Assembly: GCA_030141605.1 (NCBI GenBank) | Contig: JAQGDQ010000216.1 | Coordinates: forward strand, 228,259 to 292,258 | Length of the DNA stretch: 64,000 nt | Direction of reading: 5' to 3' | Source: Tubiluchus corallicola | Lineage: Eukaryota; Animalia; Priapulida | In this document: one piece after another, positions 19,155 to 29,103 of the stretch | Numbering within the stretch: position 1 is the first letter of the stretch | How the letters are laid out: each line of letters begins with the position of its first letter | Program-made: the position numbers and the translations under genes | Notes under the pieces: model-generated | What the model saw: the letters and a program-made list of their open reading frames with translations, nothing else | What the model was told of the DNA's origin: nothing | Database searches by the model: none

Positions 19155-20096
19155 TTATATGTTTTGTGGTTTTGTGCCATACTCTTCTTTAAAAAGCCTT
19201 TGGTATTCTTGCGGGTCTTCTTGTTTTAACCTACTTAGTTCTCTGGGGCTGGTTTTTGAAAGTTGCTCAAAGGTCAGTTTTTTAGTTGTTTTTTCACTCA
19301 CATAATCAGCCACGCTGCTTTCTTTATCTTTAGATCTAAGGTCGCCTATTACTTTCTCAAGGGCTAACTTTTCAAATGATAGGTAAGTCTCTTTGTCTAT
19401 CTCTTTTATAAAGCCTTGTTCTACTGCTTTGTCCACAAGTTCCTGCTTCTCGGCTGCTTCCTGCTCTGCTATTTCGCTCTTAAGCTGTTCCAATTTTTCA
19501 ATATGTTTCTTAGAGAGCTGTACCGCATTTTCGGCATCGTTTTTTAGTTTTTCAATAGCTGCCAATATATCTGTCTCCGCCACCTGACTATCTAAACCTA
19601 ATGCCTTAGCTATTTTTTGCAAATTTTCTTTTTCCATTACTTTTTTTTCTTTTTGGGGTTTATCTAACTTATTATTATTCACATAGTTTAATCTTACGAT
19701 ACTTTCATTCTCCTTTTTTAGCTTAACGGCTTCAGGATTCGAGGGAATATCTACAATGGATACTTCCAAAATCTCGCTATCTATCCACGTCTCTATACCT
19801 TCTATATTCTTTTTTAACAGCGGTACGATACCTACGCTAGTGGCGTTAAGAAAACCTTCATCCCATTTTCTACTAACAGCCCTGCCAGTGTCGTCTTGAA
19901 TGTCGAAAACAGGGTCAGCTATTAGTTGCCTGTTTTCCACCCTTACGTTCTCCCACCTACCTACGGGCGAGAGATAATCAAGATGATTGTAATACATTAC
20001 GGGGTTCTTCTTAAAATTTTCTAGGTTAATACCACCTGTAAGTATTTTAAAGCCGTGTCGGTTTACTGCTTCGGTATTGAGTATGGCTGCTTTCAT
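19155..20096 (-). CDS. Prohead protease with C-terminal scaffold
   Basis: N.HGFKILT.GI..ENF.KNPVM.YNH, ATSVG, EVSIVDIPSNP; coiled-coil C-terminus. Confidence 0.88.
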   Translation of the reverse strand: MKAAILNTEAVNRHGFKILTGGINLENFKKNPVMYYNHLDYLSPVGRWENVRVENRQLIADPVFDIQDDTGRAVSRKWDEGFLNATSVGIVPLLKKNIEGIETWIDSEILEVSIVDIPSNPEAVKLKKENESIVRLNYVNNNKLDKPQKEKKVMEKENLQKIAKALGLDSQVAETDILAAIEKLKNDAENAVQLSKKHIEKLEQLKSEIAEQEAAEKQELVDKAVEQGFIKEIDKETYLSFEKLALEKVIGDLRSKDKESSVADYVSEKTTKKLTFEQLSKTSPRELSRLKQEDPQEYQRLFKEEYGTKPQNI

Positions 20097-20126
20097 AAAC
20101 TTTAATAGCTGCTTGTTTTTGTGCTA

Positions 20127-20215
20127 CAAAAATAGAGGATGGGTAAAACCTGTGCAAATAGTATGTACTTTAACTACATACTATTTTTAAAACCGAGCTG
20201 CTAATTCTATTTTTG
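20127..20215. promoter_or_regulatory. Divergent late promoters flanking a 12-7-12 palindrome
   Basis: TATTTTTG on minus (20127-20134) and plus (20208-20215); AAATAGTATGTA-N7-TACATACTATTT at 20156-20186. Confidence 0.7.
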
Positions 20216-20232
20216 ACACAAAAAAACAAGCT

Positions 20233-20676
20233 ATGAAACGAGTAGCACAAGTTAAGAAAGATTACGCCAAAACATTATACCTTAACGGGATTACACAAAA
20301 AGAAATAGCAGCACAAACAGGTTTAGCAGAAAGCACCGTAAGCAGATACGTAAAACCAAAAGACAAAGGCGGTGAAGGCTGGGGACAGCTCAAGGCTGGT
20401 ATGGTAACCTCTAAAGCCGAAAACATAGCACGTATGCAAAACCTACTAAACGACCTATTGGCAAAAATAGATAAAAAAGGCAAAGCAGACACGGGCGATA
20501 TAGATAGCATAAGCAAACTGACTACGGCCATTGAACGCTTGGAAGGGGAAATAAACGTAACGACTGCAGTAAATGTGATGATTGGCTTTTGCGATTATGT
20601 GCGTAAAGCAGAATTGGAGAGTGCTAAAGAGATAAGCAGCTATGCCGATAGTTACCTAAACTCGCTTGTAAAATGA
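20233..20676 (+). CDS. Terminase small subunit (HTH)
   Basis: AK.LYL.G.TQKEIA...G.AESTVSRY HTH; overlaps the large terminase start. Confidence 0.8.
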   Translation: MKRVAQVKKDYAKTLYLNGITQKEIAAQTGLAESTVSRYVKPKDKGGEGWGQLKAGMVTSKAENIARMQNLLNDLLAKIDKKGKADTGDIDSISKLTTAIERLEGEINVTTAVNVMIGFCDYVRKAELESAKEISSYADSYLNSLVK

Positions 20677-22190
20677 TAAAAGAAACAATTACACAAAAAC
20701 GGCAAGCTATAAACGACTGGGTAGACTACCGCAGTAACCTACTACGTGCCACCCCTGTACCAGTAGAAAGCAAAAAAGAACAAGAGGCACGTATAAAAAA
20801 ACTACAAAAAGACCCTCTTACATTCTTTAAATTTTACTTTCCAAATTACTGCGATGCAGAATTTGCACTCTTCCAAAAAAGATTTATTAATAAAGTACTT
20901 GAAGAAAAAAAGCTATACATCACCTTAGAAGTGGCGAGAGAACACGCCAAGAGCGTAATTACAAGCTTGTTCCTGCCAATATACCTTATGTTTGGCAAAA
21001 AGGAAAAGCTCAATATGATACTGGCAAGCCATAGTTATGACAATGCTGTGGACTTGCTTACTCCACTGATGATAAACCTAGAAGACAACCAGCGTATCGT
21101 CAACGACTATGGGCCACAAAAAGGAATAAGGGGTTGGGAAACAGGCAACTTTACAACCAACAAAGGCAACGCCTTTCATGCTTTTGGTGCAGGACAAAGC
21201 CCACGAGGCAAACGCAGCGAGGAGACACGACCCAACTATATAGTGGTAGACGATATAGACCACGACGAAGACTTTTACAATCCTGACCGTAGCATTAAAA
21301 AGTTTAAATGGGTAAGCGATGCTCTCTTCCCCTCTATGAGTGTAAAAGGGGCAAAACGATTTATAATAACAGGCAACCGCATAAGCGATAGCGGAGTAGT
21401 GGCACAAAGTACGCAATTTGCCGACAAGCATTACAAAATAAACATACTGGACAGTAAAGGACAGCCTACGTGGAAGGAGCGTTATAGCCTTTCGCACGTT
21501 AACTATATGCTCTCCAAAATAAGCTATGCTTCTGCACAAAGAGAGTATTTTAACAACCCAATACAAGAAGGGTTGGTATTCAGAGATGTTCATTGGGGGC
21601 ATATCCCACCACTTAGAACTTTTAAGTCACTTGTCTGCTATACCGACCCCTCTTTTAAAGAAAGCAAAACAAACGACTACAAAGCCACTGTATTGGTCGG
21701 CTATAAAGATGGCAAGTACTATGTAATAAGAACCTTCTTAGAACAAACCACTACGGCTAATATGCTGCAATGGCTGTACCAAATAGAAGATATAGTACCG
21801 CCAAGTGTAGCCTGCTACTTTTATATGGAAACAAACTTTGTGCAAGATTTGGTCAAGGACAAGGTCTACGAACTATCGGTACAGCAAAACAGACCGCTAC
21901 ATATAACAGGTGATACCCGTAAAAAACCTAATAAATTTGCTCGCATTGAAAGCAGCCTCGAACCACTCAACAGCTCGGGTAAACTCATATTTAACGAAAA
22001 AGAGAAGAAAAACCCACATATGCAAAGACTGGTAGAACAATTTAAAAGCATATCACCCAAAAGCCGTAGCCACGACGACGGCCCCGACGCAGTAGAAGGG
22101 GCTGTATATATATTGAAACGCAAAATAAAATCAAGCATCATAGGTACTACTGTAATGGGGGGAGCTACAAAAGGCAGGAATAAAACTTAA
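20673..22190 (+). CDS. Terminase large subunit
   Basis: AREHAKS Walker A variant, GQSPRG, IVVDDID, YTDPS, HDDGPDAVEGA. Confidence 0.93.
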   Translation: MIKETITQKRQAINDWVDYRSNLLRATPVPVESKKEQEARIKKLQKDPLTFFKFYFPNYCDAEFALFQKRFINKVLEEKKLYITLEVAREHAKSVITSLFLPIYLMFGKKEKLNMILASHSYDNAVDLLTPLMINLEDNQRIVNDYGPQKGIRGWETGNFTTNKGNAFHAFGAGQSPRGKRSEETRPNYIVVDDIDHDEDFYNPDRSIKKFKWVSDALFPSMSVKGAKRFIITGNRISDSGVVAQSTQFADKHYKINILDSKGQPTWKERYSLSHVNYMLSKISYASAQREYFNNPIQEGLVFRDVHWGHIPPLRTFKSLVCYTDPSFKESKTNDYKATVLVGYKDGKYYVIRTFLEQTTTANMLQWLYQIEDIVPPSVACYFYMETNFVQDLVKDKVYELSVQQNRPLHITGDTRKKPNKFARIESSLEPLNSSGKLIFNEKEKKNPHMQRLVEQFKSISPKSRSHDDGPDAVEGAVYILKRKIKSSIIGTTVMGGATKGRNKT

Positions 22191-22262
22191 TAAAATAAAA
22201 GATAAAAGATAAAAGAGAAAAACTGTCTTCATCTTTCATCTTTTAACTTTTAACTTTTAACT
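22191..22262. repeat. Heptamer-based imperfect palindrome
   Basis: (AAGATAA)n ... (CTTTTAA)n; related to 13585-13728. Confidence 0.7.
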
Positions 22263-22270
22263 ATAATAAA

Positions 22271-22795
22271 ATGGCAACTAACACAAAAGAATTACAAGAA
22301 CAGTTTAAGATTTTTTCGCAAAGGCAAATACCACGTATGGGCTACCCTTGCAAAGTAATAGCAATAAACGATGATGATACCATAGACGTGGTAGATGATA
22401 GCGACATAGAACTGTTTGGCGTAAGACTACGGGCAGCAGTGGACAACAACACAAACGGAATAGTAATTACCCCTGCCATTGATAGTTGGGTACTGGTAGC
22501 CCCGGTAGATGGACAACGCGAGGAACTATACGTAACTATGTACAGCGAAATAGACTGCGTAAAAATAGCCAAAGAAAAGAAAGGCATAACCATAAACGCA
22601 GCGAAAGGAACTATACAAATGAATGAAGGGGATAACGGGGGGCTAATCATTATACAAGCTCTTACAGAAAAACTCAATCAGCTTGTAGGAGAGCTTAATA
22701 ATTTAAAGGGTAAATATAACAATCATGTCAATGTTATTCCTAAAGGCGCTGTTATAGTTCTCAAGCGCTTTGACAGCAATTCTGATATCAAGTGA
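22271..22795 (+). CDS. Baseplate spike (gpV/Mu gp45-like)
   Basis: OB-fold-like VRLRA...P..DSWVLV, SEID, N.G.NGGL; atypical C-terminus. Confidence 0.7.
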   Translation: MATNTKELQEQFKIFSQRQIPRMGYPCKVIAINDDDTIDVVDDSDIELFGVRLRAAVDNNTNGIVITPAIDSWVLVAPVDGQREELYVTMYSEIDCVKIAKEKKGITINAAKGTIQMNEGDNGGLIIIQALTEKLNQLVGELNNLKGKYNNHVNVIPKGAVIVLKRFDSNSDIK

Positions 22796-22882
22796 GTATA
22801 AAAGAAGACGAGGCTGGAGACACAAATTTGAGTTGAAAGATTATATAAACACAAATGTAACGCATTAAGAGATTTAATAACT

Positions 22883-23176
22883 ATGAAGGACTTATTTGTA
22901 GATATAAATACAGAAACCCCAGACCTTGAGATAATCAAAGGGGATTTTAGTGTAAAGGATGGCACGGCACAGCATCAAGCCTTCTTACTGCTTGCTCGCA
23001 AAGGAGAAATACGCCCTTTCCCACGTGTAGGAGTGGGTATAGACGACTACCTTAACAACGATAAGGGGGGGCTTGAATTTGCTATAAGAAAAGAATTTGA
23101 ACGGGACGGTATGACTATAAAAAACCTGTCGGTGTCATCCACAGGTCAGGTAGAGATAAATGCAAGTTACGAGTAA
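22883..23176 (+). CDS. Baseplate wedge protein (gp25/gpW-like)
   Basis: GDF....T.QHQ..LL...KGE....P.VGVGI. Confidence 0.7.
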   Translation: MKDLFVDINTETPDLEIIKGDFSVKDGTAQHQAFLLLARKGEIRPFPRVGVGIDDYLNNDKGGLEFAIRKEFERDGMTIKNLSVSSTGQVEINASYE

Positions 23177-24183
23177 TGGCCACTTTTATATGTAACATAC
23201 GGCTGGAGATAGGCAACTTTGAACTGAACAGGGTACACGAGGTAGTAGTTGTATCTAGCCACGACCAACTGGCAGACACTTGCACAATAAAGCTCCCCAC
23301 CACAGCACGGCTGCAACAAAAAGGCAATAATACAGTGGTAGAGTTTGCTAAAGAGTTTAAAGTGGGCGATGAAGTAAAGGTATATGCGGGCTATAATGGT
23401 GAGGAAAATCTGGAATTCCAAGGATATATAAAAAAAATAAACCTATCTACTCCGCTTGTGGTAGAGTGCGAAGATGCTACCTATTTACTGCGAAGAAACA
23501 CATTGAACAAAAGCTTTAAAAACACAACGCTAAGCCAAATACTGAACTTCGCACTGGACGGCACGGGTATAGACTTGATAGGTGAAGTACCAGAAATAGA
23601 GTTTGAAAAATTTGTAATAACCAAAGTATCGGCTGCTCAAACCGTGCAGGAATTTATAGACAAATACGGCTTATCGGCCTATATAACCCAAGGCACACAG
23701 CTCTTTATAAACTATGCATACAAAGAGCAACGGGGCGAAGCAGCTTACAACCTACGTAACAACACGGTAACGGACGACTTGAAATACCAAACCAAAGAGG
23801 ACACAAAGCTCAAAGTAAAAGCCACAGCCGTACTAAAAAACAACGAACGCATAGAGGAAGAAGTAGGCGACAAAGATGGCGAGCAACGTAGCTTATTTTT
23901 CTATAATATAACAGATAAGGAAACACTAAAAAACACCGCAGAGGCAAAACTGGACAGCTTGAAATACGAAGGCTATACCGGTACAATAACAGGCTTTTTA
24001 CTACCTTTTGTACAACACGGAGCGGCAGTAGAGGTGGTGGATGAAAAATACACTAATAGAGAAGGGGAATACAGAGCCGAGCAAGTAACTACTACACTAG
24101 GACGGTCGGGGTTTAGACGTAAAGTGAAACTGGGAATATTAATTAAAAAGGAGGAAGAGAATGGAAATACAAACAGTGAGTAA
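23176..24183 (+). CDS. Baseplate hub (Mu P/P2 gpD-like)
   Basis: LADTCTIKLP, GY.....EFQGYI, ECED, YEG.I.GFL.P, G.SGFRRKVKLG. Confidence 0.85.
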   Translation: MATFICNIRLEIGNFELNRVHEVVVVSSHDQLADTCTIKLPTTARLQQKGNNTVVEFAKEFKVGDEVKVYAGYNGEENLEFQGYIKKINLSTPLVVECEDATYLLRRNTLNKSFKNTTLSQILNFALDGTGIDLIGEVPEIEFEKFVITKVSAAQTVQEFIDKYGLSAYITQGTQLFINYAYKEQRGEAAYNLRNNTVTDDLKYQTKEDTKLKVKATAVLKNNERIEEEVGDKDGEQRSLFFYNITDKETLKNTAEAKLDSLKYEGYTGTITGFLLPFVQHGAAVEVVDEKYTNREGEYRAEQVTTTLGRSGFRRKVKLGILIKKEEENGNTNSE

Positions 24184-24394
24184 ACAACAAAGTATGATAG
24201 ACTCTACCATACTAGCCTATGGTAATGAATTGCAAATATTTAAACACCATTTAAACAACAATTTAACGCAATTGCCAGCCGATTTAAACAAGGGGCAAAA
24301 ACTGCAATTTGAACCGTCCAAGGATGAATTGAGTAAAATAAACTTGAAAGTACTAAATAATGAGCCTAATACCTTGGCCACCAAACCTTTTTAA
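24161..24394 (+). CDS. Small baseplate protein (LysM/gpX-like)
   Basis: 77 aa; QS..D.....YG...L..GQ.L pattern; baseplate context. Confidence 0.5.
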   Translation: MEIQTVSKQQSMIDSTILAYGNELQIFKHHLNNNLTQLPADLNKGQKLQFEPSKDELSKINLKVLNNEPNTLATKPF

Positions 24395-24404
24395 AAAATA
24401 AATT

Positions 24405-25262
24405 ATGGCACGTACAAAAGAAGAAATAAAACAAGTAATAATAGATAGGCTGCAAATGTTGATACCCGAACTAACCAGCACATCGGCAACGGCTATCTAC
24501 CAACTACTGGCTGATGCATTTGCATCGGCTACCAATAGCTTTGAGCAACTGACAGAAGTAGAACTACAAACTATTGAAACACTACTACTTAACAACCAAT
24601 ACGGCACAAAGCAGCAAACCATACAGTCGCTATTAAAGTTTCAAAATGGCGATGTACTGGAATGGGACAGTGAAACAGGTACATCTGGCTATGCGACAAT
24701 AGACGAAAGCAAGCAAATAATAAAACGTGTTGCAGTAGAAGAACAAGAATCGGGCTTTTTCTTAGTAAAAGCAGCTAAAATAGAAAACGGCGAAATAGTA
24801 AAACTTGAAGAAGCAGAAAAAACCAATGCCAATGCTTATTTAGACAACACGCTGCCCGTAGGCTCTGACTGGATACTGCGAAGCGAGCAAGCCGACCTAC
24901 TAGATGCTACAGTTACAATAACCTACCGTGGCGAGTTTGGACTGGATAATATAAAAACAGCCTTGAAAACGGCACTAGATGACTTTTTGCAGGACAACAC
25001 CTCCTTAGAAAGTTTTAGCGGTACTTTCCTACTTAATAGCTTTGTAGACGCCATACGAGAAATAGAGGGGATAAACGATGCCGTAGTGGGCTTTCTTTCA
25101 TTTACCGACTTTATCCCCAAAATCTCGATAATCGTAGAAACCATAGGAGATGACATAATCATAAAACAATCGAGCTACAAGACAACCGCCGGCTACTTTG
25201 CTTACGCAGGGGGTACACAGGCATTAATAGATAGCTGGGCTTATAAAACAGTAGAAAAATGA
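24405..25262 (+). CDS. Baseplate J-like protein
   Basis: MART.EEIK, FQ.GD.L, Y..IDESKQIIK..AV, AGYF. Confidence 0.7.
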   Translation: MARTKEEIKQVIIDRLQMLIPELTSTSATAIYQLLADAFASATNSFEQLTEVELQTIETLLLNNQYGTKQQTIQSLLKFQNGDVLEWDSETGTSGYATIDESKQIIKRVAVEEQESGFFLVKAAKIENGEIVKLEEAEKTNANAYLDNTLPVGSDWILRSEQADLLDATVTITYRGEFGLDNIKTALKTALDDFLQDNTSLESFSGTFLLNSFVDAIREIEGINDAVVGFLSFTDFIPKISIIVETIGDDIIIKQSSYKTTAGYFAYAGGTQALIDSWAYKTVEK

Positions 25263-25834
25263 TGTTTTTTAATTACAAAATACCGCAATATGTACGGGAA
25301 TACTTGGGCTTACTCTTCAACCGTGAACGACTGGGCAACTTGGCCGAAGGACTGAACGAAGGGCTTACCACCTACTGGGCAGATTCCTATGCTATAGACT
25401 TTGAACCTACGGGCGACATCAAAACCAACCAAGAATACTACTTTACACTGGGCAGGCAGTACCTACGCTACCGTGCCAATATAAACGGCAGTCAGTTTAG
25501 TTTACAAAACAGTTTGAACGACCTTTTTGACTTTGCCCAACGACGCATAAGAATACTCAACATAGCACGGCAAGAAAGTAAGATATACACAGGCTTTGAG
25601 AGCGAAAGCGACAACGAGCCTACACCCGTATTTACAGGTTTTGAAAATGAAGACAGCAACGGCACAGCAGGTATATACATAGGAGCCAATGCAGGCGACA
25701 AAGTGAACGAAAGGTTTATCATAGCTCTGCCCAACGACCCCGCTGTAACGGATCGAGAAGAAGAAATACGGGCGTGGATTGAAAGGTATAGAGCAGCAGG
25801 CAAAAACTACTATACAATAGAAATTAGTAATTAA
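25259..25834 (+). CDS. Baseplate I-like protein
   Basis: NGSQ.SLQ..LND.FD...RRI.I, C-terminal YRAAGK.Y. Confidence 0.65.
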   Translation: MMFFNYKIPQYVREYLGLLFNRERLGNLAEGLNEGLTTYWADSYAIDFEPTGDIKTNQEYYFTLGRQYLRYRANINGSQFSLQNSLNDLFDFAQRRIRILNIARQESKIYTGFESESDNEPTPVFTGFENEDSNGTAGIYIGANAGDKVNERFIIALPNDPAVTDREEEIRAWIERYRAAGKNYYTIEISN

Positions 25835-25852
25835 TAAATAAATTCAAACAAA

Positions 25853-28615
25853 ATGAAAAGACAAAGTTTAGAAACAGGTGTACGTAGGTGGTTTGGCGAA
25901 GACTGGATAAAACTACAGAACGAAATATACAAAGCATTAGAACAAGGCTTGCTCAACAATCTTGACGACTGCATACTGGGAGGTATGGAAGTAACGCCTA
26001 ATGGTGGCAACTACGATGTAGCACCCGGTATATGCTATGTAGGGGGTAAGATAGCTATCTACGAAGGAGCTACTAACACAACACTGCCTATAACCTTGAT
26101 GCTCAAAGAAACACCCGCAGACGATAGGCTCTACTTAGACGGATCTACCAAACCAACACGCACCCACTACACAGCTGCTACAGACGGCACACTGGGCGGC
26201 AATTTGGAGATAAGCCCAACAAAAGACCCACGCATACAAATACCTGCCTTAAATAGCAACGGGGAGCTAATAGGAGTAGTGAAAAGCAACAGTACCACGC
26301 TTGACGACAGCAACACCTTAGCCACCAGTAAGGCAGTGAGGGATGCCACAAGGGGTAGTTCTACCGAACAGGTGCAAATAGGAAATGGTGCAGAAGCCAG
26401 TGGTATCAATTCTACCGCAGTGGGAAGCCTTGCAGCTGCCAGTAACGACTCTTCCGTTGCATTGGGACGAAAAGCAATAGCCAGTATGAACTTTTCCACC
26501 GCACTGGGATACCTCACAGAAGCCAGTGGACTCAATTCCACCGCAGTGGGACGCGAAGCAACAGCCAGTGGTTCCAATTCTATCGCACTAGGGAATGGAG
26601 CAACTGCCAGTAGAAGCTATTCCACCGCACTGGGACGCGATACACAAGCCAGTGGCGACTGGTCCACCGCACTGGGATACACTGCGCAAGCCAGTGGCGA
26701 AAATTCCACCGCACTGGGACGAAATGCACAAGCCAGTGGAAGCACTTCCACCGCACTGGGATACAATGCAAAAGCCAGTGGCTACTTGTCCACCGCACTG
26801 GGATACACTGCGCAAGCCAGTAGCACCTCATCCACCGCACTGGGATACACTGCAGAAGCCAGTCAAAACAGATCCACCGCAGTGGGACGAAGTGCAAAAG
26901 CCCGTGGAAGCTATTCCACCGCACTGGGAAACGAAGCAACAGCCAGTGCCGAAAATTCCACCGCACTCGGAAACACTGCACAAGCCAGTGGAAGCTATTC
27001 CACCGCACTGGGAACCTATGCAGAAGCCAGTGGAAGCAGTTCCACCGCACTGGGAGACAATGCAAAAGCCAGTGGAAGCAGTTCCACCGCACTGGGATAC
27101 GGTGCACAAACCAGTGGCGGCTGGTCCACCGCACTGGGATACGGTGCAAAAGCCAGTGGCATCGCATCCACCGCACTGGGAAACCAACCAGTAGCCAGTG
27201 GCGAAGATTCCATTGCAATAGGAAACAGAGTGATAGGCAGTGAAGATACTACAGCCAGTGGAGAACGCTCCATTGCAATAGGAAGCATTGCAGCAGCCAG
27301 TGGAGCCTATTCCATCGCACTGGGAAACGCTGCAACAGCTGATGGAATCAATTCCATCGCACTGGGATACAACACCAATGAACAAATAATTGGTGGAAAT
27401 AGTTCCATCGCACTGGGAGACAGAGCAAAAGCCGGAGGTGAAGCTTCCACCGCACTGGGATTCCAAGCAGCAGCCAGTGGACTCTATTCCACCGCACTGG
27501 GATTCCAAGCAGAAGCCCGTGAAAGCTATTCCACCGCACTGGGAATCGAAGCAATAGCCAGTAACGAAAATTCCACCGCACTGGGAACCTTTGCAATAGC
27601 CAGTGGATTCTGTTCCACCGCACTGGGATGCAATGTAAAAGCCAGTGAAAGCTATTCCACCGCACTGGGATACAATGCACAAGCCAGTGCCGACAGTTCC
27701 ACCGCACTGGGACAAAATACTACAGCCAGTGGCGTACAATCCATTGCAATAGGAAACAGAGTGATAGGCAGTGAAGATACTACAGCCAGTGGAGAACAAT
27801 CCATTGCAATAGGAGGCAGTGCAACAGCCAGTGGAATATATTCCACCGCACTGGGATGCAATGCAATAGCCAGTAAAAACAGATCCACCGCACTGGGATA
27901 CGGTGCACAAGCCACTAATATAGAATCCACCGCACTGGGAACCGCTGCAACAGCCAGTGGAAACAGATCCACCGCACTGGGATACAATGCAAAAGCCAGT
28001 GTAAGCAGTTCCACCGCAGTGGGAGAAAATGCACAAGCCAGTGGAGGCAGTTCCACCGCACTGGGACGAAGTGCAATCGTATCAGCAGACAGCACTATGG
28101 TACTTGGGAACTCTAATACTACTGTAATACTAAGCAATGGTAACGCGGTAACTTCCGACGAGCGAGATAAGATAGACATAGCCGATAATGAGCTGGGACT
28201 GGACTTTGTAAAGCAAATAAAAACCCGCAAATGGAGAGGCAACAATAGAGATAGGTACTGGGTAAAAGAAAAAGTAAAAGGAGAAAAAAGAGAAGGAGTA
28301 GAAGAGACAGAGGAAAGAGAAGTATTCAAAACAGATGAAAAAGGCGAACGTGTGTACGATGCTAAGGAACACGCCAAGGGAAGCAAAGCAGGCAAACGCT
28401 GGCACAGGGGGATAATAGCCCAAGAAATGTTAGAGCTCGTAGACCCGATGGAATTTTCGGGGGTAAAAGATACAGAGGTGAACAACCCCGACATCACCCA
28501 TCAAGAAATGAGCTTTGCCTACGACCAACTCATCGCCCCAATGATAAAAGCTATACAAGAACTATCGGCAAAAACAGAGGAGCTTTTTAAAAGAATAGAA
28601 CAATTGGAGAAGTAA
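25853..28615 (+). CDS. Tail fibre/spike with YadA-head (Hep_Hag) 14-aa repeats and a C-terminal S74 intramolecular chaperone
   Basis: About 39 STALGxxAxASGxx repeats; TSDERDK.DI....GLDFV, G.IAQE, Y.QLIAPMIKAIQEL. Confidence 0.9.
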   Translation: MKRQSLETGVRRWFGEDWIKLQNEIYKALEQGLLNNLDDCILGGMEVTPNGGNYDVAPGICYVGGKIAIYEGATNTTLPITLMLKETPADDRLYLDGSTKPTRTHYTAATDGTLGGNLEISPTKDPRIQIPALNSNGELIGVVKSNSTTLDDSNTLATSKAVRDATRGSSTEQVQIGNGAEASGINSTAVGSLAAASNDSSVALGRKAIASMNFSTALGYLTEASGLNSTAVGREATASGSNSIALGNGATASRSYSTALGRDTQASGDWSTALGYTAQASGENSTALGRNAQASGSTSTALGYNAKASGYLSTALGYTAQASSTSSTALGYTAEASQNRSTAVGRSAKARGSYSTALGNEATASAENSTALGNTAQASGSYSTALGTYAEASGSSSTALGDNAKASGSSSTALGYGAQTSGGWSTALGYGAKASGIASTALGNQPVASGEDSIAIGNRVIGSEDTTASGERSIAIGSIAAASGAYSIALGNAATADGINSIALGYNTNEQIIGGNSSIALGDRAKAGGEASTALGFQAAASGLYSTALGFQAEARESYSTALGIEAIASNENSTALGTFAIASGFCSTALGCNVKASESYSTALGYNAQASADSSTALGQNTTASGVQSIAIGNRVIGSEDTTASGEQSIAIGGSATASGIYSTALGCNAIASKNRSTALGYGAQATNIESTALGTAATASGNRSTALGYNAKASVSSSTAVGENAQASGGSSTALGRSAIVSADSTMVLGNSNTTVILSNGNAVTSDERDKIDIADNELGLDFVKQIKTRKWRGNNRDRYWVKEKVKGEKREGVEETEEREVFKTDEKGERVYDAKEHAKGSKAGKRWHRGIIAQEMLELVDPMEFSGVKDTEVNNPDITHQEMSFAYDQLIAPMIKAIQELSAKTEELFKRIEQLEK
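26385..28080 (+). repeat. 42-bp coding tandem repeat, about 39 units
   Basis: Conserved GCCAGT and TCCACCGCACTGGGA blocks with variable codons between them. Confidence 0.9.
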
Positions 28616-28685
28616 ATGTTTATAATAAAGAAAAGGAATCTATAGACTATAAAACATTTGAATCAAGTGCTAATATGACAAATAT

Positions 28686-28775
28686 AGCACTATCTCATAA
28701 ACTGTATAAATAGAAAATGCCGAGGATTGCAACCCTCGGCATTTTTTTAGTTTACACACTTTGTGAAACAGTGTC
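28686..28775. mobile_element. 90-bp IS256-type MITE, copy 1
   Basis: AGCACTATCTCATAAACTGT...ACACTTTGTGAAACAGTGTC imperfect terminal IRs around an AAAATGCCGAGG..CCTCGGCATTTT hairpin. Confidence 0.8.
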
Positions 28776-29103
28776 TGCAATACACTCTGCCCAAATCGAA
28801 ACAAGTCAGAACAAAAATATTACAGCCAACTGAAATGCAAAAAAAGTTGTTAAATATGAAATTATAAACTTGGGTGCTGCAATGCACAAAACAGGAAGTT
28901 GTTGTTTCAGACAAGGCTTAATGTAATGAGCCCTGAGAAGTAATATTGAAAAGGATCATGAAATAAAAATAAAAATTCTTAAAACATGGACCTGACATCG
29001 ACTTGCAGATGTAATTTTTTTCATATCCTCTTTACAGAGTTTTTTTTTTCATATCTTTTCATATCTTTGCAGAGTTTTTTCGATCATACTAAGACATCAA
29101 TTT

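Noticed and set aside
26385-28080. CRISPR-like repeat/variable pattern
   Set aside because: In-frame 42-bp coding repeats of a YadA beta-roll; no spacers and no cas genes
26167-28497. Long antisense and alternative-frame ORFs (Cys/Trp-rich)
   Set aside because: Shadows of the tandem repeat, which lacks stops in other frames
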